From NCBI GenBank assembly GCA_002269645.1, contig NIVC01005140.1, positions 1 through 25,007 of the forward strand: 25,007 nucleotides of DNA, in the 5' to 3' direction. Origin of the DNA: Macrostomum lignano (taxonomy: Eukaryota). The notes beneath the pieces are model-generated. The model saw nothing but the letters and a program-made list of their open reading frames with translations, ran no database searches and was not told the origin of the DNA. Made by a program: the position numbers and the translations under genes. The stretch's first letter is position 1. Every line of letters starts with the position of its first letter. Shown here in pieces: positions 10,590 through 20,239 of the stretch.

Positions 10590-11484
10590 CTGTTAAGAAC
10601 GGTGCGCCTTAAGAACTGGGTGGGCAGGGCTGCAGGGTACATGCCTGTTACCATGTTACCAAGACTGTCACCGAGGGAGGGCACTACGCTACTCAAGTAT
10701 CGGAAAACTTGCAGAGGTGGGGTGGAGAAAGAAAAATAAATGGTGATTTGGGAATTTGAAAATTAGGGTTTCCTCGAAACCGGTTAGCGTTGCGTTCGCA
10801 CGAATGAAGCCGTAAAATCGCGCAGACGAATCACAACGAATTTCTTCTCCTTTTACTCCGACAGCCGGGTTCTCAAGTCCGGGGGGAGGGTAGTCGTAAT
10901 TGTAGCGGAGCGATCGTAGAGCGGCACGGTCGTTCAGATATAGAAACACCGGAGATTGCTGACACCGTAGATTAATGTGTCGATGAGTTGAACTTGTTAC
11001 TTTCAGTAGGGTAAGTTGCTGCCACCACCGTAATTCTCGTATTACGGAACGTTAATGGTCTCAGAGCTTTCTTTGAGGTGAGACTTCGGTTATTTTGCGC
11101 CCCACGGGCAAATGATTCAAGATAGGCTATGGCTTAAGTCAACGGAATAAATATATTAAAGGTAAATTGTCGTTATTTTTTATTTATTATTTATATTATT
11201 TATTATTATGAGCAAATTATTTTAGCTCGCGCAGGTTATTTATTGATTATAGTAGATTACTACGAACGAATGATTTCACGGGCGCCGGGGCGCAAGACAA
11301 ACTAATAAGATCGAGCTAACTATGTAACTGCAAGGGCAAAAGTGAACAGAAAGGGAGAAGAGGGAGAGCGAGAGAGAGCGAGAGCGAGAGCGGAAGCGCA
11401 TGCAGACATAAAGCTGAGCGCGACTTATTTATAGCAAAACTTTTGAATATAAACTCCCAGGTGTGGGGGCTGAGCTCGCCAACA
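10590..11484 (-). mobile_element. Probable truncated LTR retrotransposon: 5' LTR (11484-11113), degenerate primer-binding site, and ~500 bp of internal sequence
   Basis: Minus strand runs TGTTGGCGAG...TCTTGAATCA (TG...CA, 372 bp) and contains TATAAATA, a (CT/CG) tract and AATAAA copies. It is immediately followed by TTTGCCCGTGGGGC, similar to the tRNA-Lys PBS TGGCGCCCAACGTGGGGC. No second LTR and no recognisable gag/pol motif. The left boundary is approximate. Confidence 0.5.
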
Positions 11485-12767
11485 CCGGGGCCACGCAATG
11501 GTTATTGAAACAAAATTTCACAGGAATGCACATAAAATTGGTTAGAAAACAACAGAGAAATTACGTTAACCAGACATGGGAAAACAAACTTCAACCGAAG
11601 GTCCAAACTCGGGGCCAACAGAGGGAGGGGGCCTGAGGTCATAGATAGACTACCGTTGGCCACACGGGTTGGAATTCACGAAAGAAAAACATTATTGGCA
11701 CGCAATTAAATAGTAATTATTAAAGAATAAAAATTAAGCTTCCGTGGCAACCCCACTGTCACAAACTCATTGGGAAACTACGTTTCTTGGAAAAAATACG
11801 AGGTTTTGCCAAAAAATTGCGAAAAAAGGTTTTGTCAAAAAATTTGCCAATGAATGGAAGTTTTCGTCTTTTCACTCTTTCAGCACAAAAACTGTAATTG
11901 CATTTGATAAAAGGCATAGCTAGTGTTTATCTTTTGATGTGTCTTGCTTTTGTTGTAGAATACATAATTTACATGTATAGATCTACTTATATTCATTGGC
12001 TTTATACTGCATGCAACTCTACTTTTATCATTTTAGCTGAACTGTTTAATGAAATGTTAACAGAATGATAAACTGTATATTTAAATAGATAATTAAAACT
12101 TGATCAAACCTTCCTAAACCTTCACATGTAGCCTTGGCCTCTTTGTCAGAGGGGGATCGGAAGACCACGTGCACCCCCGCCGTCTGCTTATCCAAAAGCA
12201 GCTATATAGCAGTTTGCCTTTAGAAAGCAGATCGAAGTTCGACCTCAGATGCAACCTAGGAGCCCTGCTGGAAGCATGCAGCTGGAGGCCTAGGCTGCAC
12301 TGCTAACCCTCGGATGGAATATCCTGTCCATGCACACTCTGCCCTCCGCTTAAATTCCAAAAAACTGCATTTCACCGCACGTTAAGAATTGAAGCAAGGG
12401 ACTAGTATAGAAACCTCTGTAAAATCTACTGCTTTCCTGACAGGTCTCAGATTCTTGTTATGAAATTAGGAAGGACGATTCTTATTAGGGAATTAAGGAA
12501 GGGCGATTCTTATTAGGGAATTAAATCAACTCTATAGCTATACGTATTACATCTGTTTTGGAGGGAGGAAGCTGCAGTACACGCATCCTATCTCCCAACA
12601 GCACACCGCCGGCGGCACCTACTCTCCGTCATCTGTTCCTGCCACCAGCTCCTGTGCCGTGCCGTGAGCTGTGTACAATGAGCGAGTCTGGGGGAAGAAG
12701 ATCACTGGATCTCCATGATCAGGACAGGCTCACCTACTTACATGCTTGGGCGCAACCTTGGGATTCA

Positions 12768-12888
12768 CCCGGCCGTTTCTATTGGCAACACACGCATGTA
12801 AGTCGCTATTGGACAGAACAGTAGTCACGTGACTGCTCTCAGCCAATAGCGACTTACATGCGTGTGTTGCCAATAGAAACGGGCCGGG
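12768..12888. repeat. 121-bp palindrome/hairpin with perfect 38-bp arms and central GTCACGTGAC
   Basis: 12775-12812 is the exact reverse complement of 12843-12880. The outer CCCGGCC/GGCCGGG and the inner AGTAGTCACGTGACTGCT also pair. Confidence 0.97.
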
Positions 12889-14049
12889 CGGCTATTTAGG
12901 CCCAAACGGCCGGCCAGATCTCTCCCGATCCTACGTTTTCAGGCTCGAGAATCTCAGCTGCCAGCTTGACTACCAGTACAAAAAATTATCCATACATGCA
13001 CCTCTTGGACTCCTTCTGGACCACCGCGGATCTCCATGCGTGACACCGTAGCACCATATGCAGCTGCAGCTGCAAACTGACTGAAAAACGTCATCTTCGG
13101 TGAGCCAGCGTTCCCCCTGATGACTAAGTTGGCACAAGCTGTCATGACCTTCTTCTCTATGCCAATGCCGATCCAGAACGTGCTGTATAAAGGAAGTCAA
13201 GCGACATAGATGATAATTCAAAGCGAAATTCAATGGCTGACACCACTCACTCGTTTTTCTCATCTTCGAGTTTCCTTTGCTCAACTCAGCAACACTGTGC
13301 ATTTGATGTTAGCATCAGTCAGAACCTAGCTGATTAATCTTGCGATCGAAGCATGAGCTACGCTCGTAAGTAGCTCGTATTTCGCCTACCAAGCAGAAAA
13401 TAAAAAGTGAAAGGCTAACGAAAAGGCTCAGGATCGCTGCTGCAGAGCTGACACTGTCACTAGCTGACACTGACAGTACGTAGTAAATTTATGTGATCGT
13501 GTCTCTGGTAGTTTATAATTTTCAACTTAGGGGTTAGGTAAAGTGACAAAGACAAAAAGCAGAATTTTGAAATGCGTTTTTGGTCCTTGTGTGTTCAACT
13601 TTTTGGCAATCTTCTCGAATCAATCGTTTAATTATTTCCGGAATTATTTCGCCCTCTATTCAAGGGTGGTGGGGGGGGGTGGGGGGTTGGAATTAAACGA
13701 ACGATTCGAGAAGATAGCCAACTTTTTTAATATACTGAGTGGCAGCACTGATACACGCAGTCTTTGTCACTACAGTTATTGGAGTCTTTGCTATTAGCTA
13801 CTATTGAATAAAATTATAATTCTTAGTACAATTATGATACACCTATTTCAGGCTATTCTTTTCAGATATATTGGTGAATTCTGGAATTAACAAACTGCTT
13901 TTCGGTAGAAAATATTAGCTTTAATTTTAGTTCTTTTTGGAGTGTGTGAAACGCGAAATTGTTATTGAAATACACAGTTAAATAAGCATGACGCAGATGT
14001 TTGCCATTAAAAAAGTAGCAAAAGGTGATTTTCTACTTTGCGAAAAGTA

Positions 14050-14340
14050 TTTCTAGCCCGCTATCAGTAGCCGGATATCCTAAAGCAAACCTCTGTCTCC
14101 GCAGGCTGACCCCTCTCTTTCAACCTTCCAGTCAGACGTCCTAAGACAACTTCCCTTTCAGGTGATCTCCAGACCGGATAGCAGAGTCAGTGCCGTAGGA
14201 TGTCCGGGAGAGACATCTCAAAGTGCCCGGACAATGCAAAGCAGCTCAAGATATCCGGGAAGGAGAAAACAAAGCAGGTTTTTTGCTTGGCAGTATCCGG
14301 GTGGATATCGTAAGTGCGTTCGGATATCCGGGCTAGACAA
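14050..14340. mobile_element. Possible degraded MITE rich in CCGGATA/TATCCGG motifs
   Basis: TCTAGCCCG...CCGGATATCC at the left and GGATATCCGGGCTAGA at the right are inverted. Several internal (T)ATCCGG/CCGGA repeats. No TSD identified. Confidence 0.4.
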
Positions 14341-14604
14341 AAAACCCCGGATAGTCTAAAAGTGTAGCACCGGCTTTGCTGTAGACATCGCCTTCAACTT
14401 CCCGGCGCACTGCAGTTCATTTTAGCATTCTTTCGGTGCACACCCAAAGTAAAGGAATTCCATAAGTTTAAATTTCGATAGATTAAATTCACTCTCTTTT
14501 TTCAATAAAAATTAACTTAGATAGGCTGGAGGCTCCTAAATCAAGTTTTCGACGATCACAGAGAAGTTTATAGTAAAACAAATTCTTGAAGCAAAAAAGC
14601 AACC

Positions 14605-14662
14605 ATGCTGTTCTCAACTCTCGCTCTGCTCCTTCTAGCTGCTGTCTCAAGTGTCGTTGGAG
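14605..14662 (+). CDS. Secreted WSC-domain protein, exon 1 (signal peptide)
   Basis: Kozak-like GCAACC-ATG gives MLFSTLALLLLAAVSSVVG, a hydrophobic core with a V-x-G cleavage motif. It is followed by a consensus phase-1 donor GAG|GTAAGA at 14663. Confidence 0.82.
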
Positions 14663-14892
14663 GTAAGACTCTGTATTCTTAATGAGTATGGATTTGATTT
14701 TATGTATTTTCGTAAAAAATATGCCTTAAAATTATGACTAGCGATTTAAGCCCCCCCCCACCGTTGGGGTGGCAACGGAGAAATTGAAATTAAGCATCAA
14801 AGTCTCCCTTCCAGCCATATGGCTTAACTCAAACTCTCCCTTTGATCTACCTTTGGGTTGGTTGGCCAATCAACAACATCCAATGGACCTAA

Positions 14893-14985
14893 GCATCTCA
14901 GCAACCAACCCCCCATGAGCCACAGCATTTCAGCAATGCCCCCATGAGCTTTGACACCTCAGCAATTTTCCCTGAGTATTAACTC
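14893..14985. repeat. Three degenerate ~29-bp units (TCAGCAATT-CCCC-ATGAGCCTTGACA); the same family occurs at 19944-20180
   Basis: Units atctcagcaacc..catgagcc, atttcagcaatgcccccatgagctttgac and acctcagcaattttccctgagt. Confidence 0.65.
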
Positions 14986-16879
14986 TCCTTCATCACTCTG
15001 CAAACAATAGCACGACAGTTCCCATCTCAATGTCAGGGACAAACCATATCTATTCATTCCCTACACATATATAGACCGCCACATTAAATCGGTACATGCA
15101 TTTGTAAAGCAGGTTTTCATACCTACTTCAATAAGATGCATCTTAATTTCGTCTTTATAATTCAGACCAAGTGACATTTTGATCACTCGCTGATTGACTT
15201 GTCCTGTAGTTGTGTCTGTTGTGCCCCTGTGCGGCTACCTTGATCTCTCTCGTGCTGACCCCATTTTAATCTTTCTCACACTCCGGGAGCGCCTCACTCT
15301 CACAATGTTTCCCGCCTTTCTGCATTTACAGTGCCAGTGCTGTCTTTCCATTAGTGCCAGGTGAGTGAATGGCTTTTTTTACGAAACATGTTTGCTTCAT
15401 CAGCTGTCAAAAATACACCGAGTCGCACTTCTGCCGTTCTTCCCAGTGAAAAATGATTCATGGATTCCACGTGGGTTCCACGTGGCCATGTGGAATTTAA
15501 ATGTTTCTTTAATTTTTGCAAATTAATGACTTAAAGATGACATAATGGTATGCAAAGTATTTTTTATGCATTATTTTTTAATTTTTACTGTCCTAATGTT
15601 GATGTGGATTTTACAAGGAATTCATGAGAAATAAGCGTATATTGATTCAACATGGAATCCACTTCGATAAAAAACTGTGATACACCACATTTAGACATTT
15701 TTATGAAATTACTATAATTAATTATTATATTTATATGCTTTTAAGTAAAAATTAATATCTTAAAGCTAAATTATAATCAGAAAATAAGACACTGTTTGTT
15801 AAAATAGACAAAATAGAAGTGAACAATAAAAAAGGTTTCGTGCTTTTTAAAATGAAATTTATTTTATTTTATATTCGTCAATGTCTTGGTTCAAGGCCTT
15901 GAAAGATAAATTGCCTTGTGTATGGCTATTTAAGCACCTTAAAAATTTTAGTAGACGTAGCCTATAGGCAATAACTTATAAGGCCATGGCCTCCATAGGA
16001 TTAGAAATTAGATAAACCAGTATTTCATCATAGATAGGCCTAATACTTTTGGTAAAATCCATCCATGATAAATTTATTTAGGCTTATCCAATTTCTAGGA
16101 ATCCCATGGCCATGTCCATAGATTGGCTACTCATTGTTTAAACTTAAATAGGCCTTTAGAAGTTCATAATTTCCTCTTAGTCCTACCTATTATTCCTATC
16201 TATTTATATGTATGCTTATTAGGCCTATTTTAAGCTAGGCCTATAACTATCAATTTAGGTCCTTCTATTTTAATTAAGGTTAAGACTAGCTTGACTTTGT
16301 GAATTGTGACTAGTCAATCTAGTTAATCTGTTAAAAATCTATTCATTTATGATTTTCTTCAAAAAAGCCTGTTAGCATCTTTTGGACTTGTTGCATTTTT
16401 AAAAACAATATTATTAATCATTATAAATAATTCTTTGCAATTACATTTGCAACCTGTTTTTGGCATAGCTAGCCTAGCAGATCCCTAAGGTTGCTATTAT
16501 AAATAAATAATGATTATTGTGAATTTGATCTGATTTAGGCCAAGTCTAGAATTTAATAGCCATAGGCCTAGGGCATAGCACTTTTAAGATTAGGCCTAAT
16601 GTTTAATCATATTATTTTTTTATTAGAGGCAAGGGGTTGTGTGCACCCTGGCACACTTTAAGCAACATAGGCATACAACTAGCGAGAGGCATTGCTGCCC
16701 ATTCCACTAACTCCCTTGAGCAGGCACATTAAGTGTGCGGATACGTATATAGGCACACTTACATAGGAGTGTACAATGGCCCTAACTTTATTTATTGTTA
16801 GGCATGTATACTTCACTGTGCCTTAGGGGTTGGCTCTCAAGGCCGTTAATTGCACAAGCAGAGAGCCAAGCCAAGATTC

Positions 16880-16965
16880 CAATTCAGCCCCAAATTAATG
16901 TGACTGCACTTGGAATCGAGCCTAGGTTGCTGGCATACCAGAGCAGCTGTGCTATTGCTTGGCTA
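16880..16965 (-). mobile_element. Degenerate tRNA-derived SINE head
   Basis: A-box-like TAGCCAAGCAA (16965-16955) and B-box-like GGCTCGATTCC (16922-16912), with tRNA-like spacing. The 3' boundary is uncertain. Confidence 0.45.
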
Positions 16966-17161
16966 TAGCCCCCTATTAATCATAATAGGCCAGCATATAT
17001 AAAAAAAACATGCATTGCTTTGCCTAAATACTTTATAGTCTGAAATCAATTTTAAAATAAAAAATTAAATTTATAGAAACATAATTTTTTGTACTTATTA
17101 TTTTAATTTTATTAATTTAATTTTATTGATTGACTTAGTTAGGGTTTTCTTTTTTGCTAGA

Positions 17162-17950
17162 GGGCAATTCCATATAATTATGGTCGTAACATGACAGGCT
17201 ATTTTTACTTATAAAATGAAATCTAATAATAGAATACACTAAACCAATATTTTAAATGAAATATTTTTTTGTCAAGAATATTTTTATAGAGTTTCATGTA
17301 GATATCATCATTAATATAGATGCTATTAAACCTTGAATGGCACTTCTGGTCGTAACGACAGGATTTTTGACAGATAGAAACTAAAAGGTAAAAGTCTTAT
17401 AACATTTTTCATTTTTGATATTTTGCAATAATTTTTTTAAAATTCGACTAAGAACATCTTCAGAAATCATACTCTTTTTGTAGAATATATAAACTCAAAA
17501 AGGCAACAAAGATACAAAAGAAAAGGCAGCCTTATGGTCGTAACATTCTGGTCGTAACATATTTTGTTCTGTCAATTCAGTAACTTAGAGGTACCAATAT
17601 ATTAAAAATATAATTGATTATTTGTTCATCAATACTTTTATCTGATGATGCAAGTACTATACTTTTATCTATAGTTTGTTTCAACCTTCCAAAGCTTTCT
17701 ATTTGTTTTTAAAAGGTTCACAAACTTAATGATGTCTTTTGCTTAAAAAACTGTCCAATTTTTTACAAAAATTACTTTTTGCCACTTGATAACATACTAA
17801 TCTAACATTTTATCATTCATTTATTCTTAGATTGTAGATGTTACACATAAAAAACATTTGGTAAAAAAAATTGGCTAATCAGGCAGTGGCAAGCAAAAAT
17901 ATTGACTTTTTTCTATTTTCCAAATATGTCCATCTTATATGGAATGAGCC
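17162..17950. mobile_element. MITE with GG termini and apparent 4-bp TSD TAGA, nested in the CCCAG element
   Basis: Left GGGCAATTCCATATAA versus reverse-complemented right GGCTCATTCCATATAA. TAGA at 17158-17161 and 17951-17954. The internal motif TGGTCGTAAC occurs four times (about 17180, 17347, 17535, 17548). Confidence 0.65.
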
Positions 17951-18049
17951 TAGAGACAATGTGCAAAATCATACCCTATGTTCACTTTTAGGGTTTTATG
18001 ATTTTAAGGCTTAGAATGCAGTTTCTCTTTTTTCTTATATAAATGCAGT

Positions 18050-18347
18050 CATACATGCGCAACCTCCAAAATTCGGTCGGCCATGCGACTTAGTTTTAAC
18101 AAAAATGCGACGTAGTTTTTGGCCAAAAATGCGACTTACATGTAAAAAAACCCTAACGCAAAATTAACGCAACTTTGGGTAAACGGCAGGAGTAACTCTG
18201 ACTTTCTTATTAAGTCAAAATGCCTCGTCAGCTACTTAGTACTACTACTTTGCGGTTTTTTCGGGTGGGCATTTTTGCGACTTCCTTGGTTGGCCGCCAA
18301 ATCGGTCGGCCGGATCGGCCGACTCGGCCGACTGTTGCGCATGTATG
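18050..18347. mobile_element. 298-bp hAT-type MITE
   Basis: Perfect 14-bp TIR CATACATGCGCAAC / GTTGCGCATGTATG and perfect 8-bp TSD AATGCAGT (18042-18049, 18348-18355). Internal ATGCGAC and TCGGCCG repeats. Confidence 0.9.
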
Positions 18348-18492
18348 AATGCAGTGCAAAAAAGGCTTCAACAGAAAAATAGGTAATGAGATCACACCTA
18401 AACTGTATCATCAACTTTTTAATTTCAATTTTCAAGGTGCAATTTTTAAATTTAGGGTGCATATGCACACTTTGCGCTTAAAAAATAAACCT
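18348..18492. mobile_element. Diverged right-end fragment of the same hAT family as 7699-10374
   Basis: CACCTAAAC...TTTTTAATTTCA...GGTGC(A/G)ATTTT...AAATTTAGGGTGCATA(T/C)GCACACT(T/C)TGCGC..AAAAAA aligns with about 10220-10372. Confidence 0.75.
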
Positions 18493-19425
18493 ACTAGGAC
18501 TTAGGCCTAGTTAATTTTAAAATAAACTTTTTTTATAAGTTTTATGAATTATATCAATATTATTTATCAATCTTAATTGGCAACAATTATTTTTCTATTT
18601 TATTTCAGCCTAACATATGGCCCATCCTCAAACTTGGATGTCACCTTGGTCTTGCATTTGAAGAAGCTTGCAAAGCTACTTGGAATTTGAATTTAATATC
18701 TCGAATGCTACCTTTTGTGAAGCAATGGTAAGTTTTAGTTATAAACTGATTTTTTTCTGTCATCAAAATCTATCAAAATCTGTCATCAATCTGTTATAAA
18801 ATTCTGTAATTTAACCCCTTTCTTTTCTAAGGTTGCTCACCTGACCTGAAGAAGCAGCATTCTGGCAATTGGCAGCAGCATGTTTCTGACTGTTCTAATT
18901 TTGATGCATTATATTATTGTTAATTAATTAATGCTATTGACAATCTCAATTTCAAATTATATATTATATCATATGCGCAGTGCAACTCTAAAGATATCAA
19001 TATTTACATCAGTGTGTTTATTCTTTGTGTGCCAATGACTCACTACTGTACATAAATACACCTTACATCGTTTTTAAATATTGAATTTTGAATTTTTGTG
19101 CAGAAATATTTTTGGCTATAGCTAGTGTTTTATCTGTGTTTCAGTTTCTTTTATATGGTATTGAGATCTGGGGTTCATATGAAATTTTGAGATCTGGTAT
19201 TATTTTGAGATTTAGGATGCAACAATTTATTATGGCAACCAGTATAATGGCTGCTTACTCAATGACAATGTGGATTCTATGTGAAATACATAATTACTTC
19301 CATATGGATCTTCCATGTGGAATCCATATCTTGATTCCACATGGATGGACGGAGACAAATGCACATATGGATTTCATATGAAAAATCCACATGGAATCCA
19401 TATCATTTTTTTCACTGGGTTTCAG

Positions 19426-19733
19426 CGCCTTCAAAAGGATGCTATTTTTGGAAAAGTTATGAGCGCTTGTTGAGCCATGAATTGACGTACAATTTCAAAA
19501 TGATGAACCAGGAAACGTGTGCCAGAGCGTGCATGGATTGGCGATACAAATATTTTGGTCTAGCAAACGGCGACCGATGCTACTGTGGCAATGAAATAAG
19601 TAAAGCTTTAAAATTCGACAAAAAACTTTGCAATAAGCAATGCAAGAATGCCGATTGGGGGCAAAAGTGCGGCGGCCTCATTGCAATGGAAATATTTGAT
19701 TTGATTGTTAAGGTGCCGGAAACCCAGGCCTGA
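19426..19733 (+). CDS. Secreted WSC-domain protein, exon 2 (whole WSC domain)
   Basis: Phase-1 acceptor TTTCAG|CG joins exon 1 in frame: APSKGCYFWKSYERLL...MMNQETCARACMDWRYKYFGLANGDRCYCGNE...LCNKQCKNADWGQKCGGLIAMEIF...QA*. It has the eight-Cys WSC pattern (GCY; C-x3-C; YFGL; CxCG; C-x3-C; CGG). The spliced product is 121 aa. Confidence 0.88.
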
Positions 19734-19943
19734 TCTGATCTGCACTGAACCGTATAGCAACTGACTATTCATACATGCATAGGACTTGACCCAAAATGCT
19801 AATCCCATATCTAACAGCAAAATACAAAAGTTCAACCGTTATAAATAGTACTCAGTGAAATCATTTGAGATATGCATAAAAATTGCTGTATGTGTGCCAG
19901 GATAAACCTTGAAATTTCAAAAAATTTTCCACCACGAGCAATA

Positions 19944-20180
19944 GTATTTCAGCAATTCATCTGAGTCTTGACATCTCAGAAATTCTACATGACTCTTGGT
20001 TTTAGCAATTCCCCCGTGAGCCTTTAAATATTCGCAATTTCCCCAAGAGTTTTTGTAGTTGACAGGGCGATTCCTCTATGGATGAACCCTAACCATAACC
20101 CTAACCCTAACGCTACAACCTAACCCTTACCCTGATGAGAGTCACAAAATTTCAGCAATTCCCCAATGAGCCTTGACATC
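19944..20180. repeat. Degenerate ~29-bp array (TCAGCAATTCCCC-ATGAGCCTTGACATC) enclosing a short telomere-like (CCCTAA) tract at 20085-20133
   Basis: Five degenerate units plus aaccctaaccataaccctaaccctaacgctacaacctaacccttaccctg. Confidence 0.7.
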
Positions 20181-20239
20181 CTCTCTGGATCCTGGCTCCA
20201 GTGCTGGCTCCTCCCTCAGCAGGACCTTTGGATCCAGGG

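Larger units (their letters stand above)
15442..19419. mobile_element. ~3.98-kb non-autonomous DNA transposon with CCCAG...CTGGG ends and 2-bp TSD (animal EnSpm/CACTA-like), inside the WSC intron
   Basis: TIRs CCCAGTGAAAAATGATTCATGGATTCCACGTGG and CCACATGGAATCCATATCATTTTTTTCACTGGG. (T)TCCA(C/T)(A/G)TGG subterminal repeats are clustered at both ends. TT flanks both sides (15440-15441, 19420-19421). The superfamily is inferred from end structure only. Confidence 0.82.

Noticed and set aside
12120-12420. GC-richer island with a small GGGG...CCCC hairpin
   Set aside because: No open frame or RNA motif could be identified. It is probably an old repeat fragment.
12474-12530. Tandem duplication GAAGG(A/G)CGATTCTTATTAGGG(G)AATTAA x2
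   Set aside because: It is a simple local duplication with no further structure.
15166-15360. 195-nt symmetric exon candidate in the WSC intron
   Set aside because: It has several in-frame stops in the frame set by exon 1, so it is not a coding exon.
19341-19425. ORF-track start MDGRRQMHIWIS... upstream of the WSC domain
   Set aside because: It lies in the transposon's terminal repeats. The phase-compatible acceptor at 19425 and the signal-peptide exon explain the gene better.
20132-20160. CTGATGA hammerhead-ribozyme core motif (also at 13118, 17642 and minus-strand 8266, 15403)
   Set aside because: None is followed by a paired stem II and the required GAAA.
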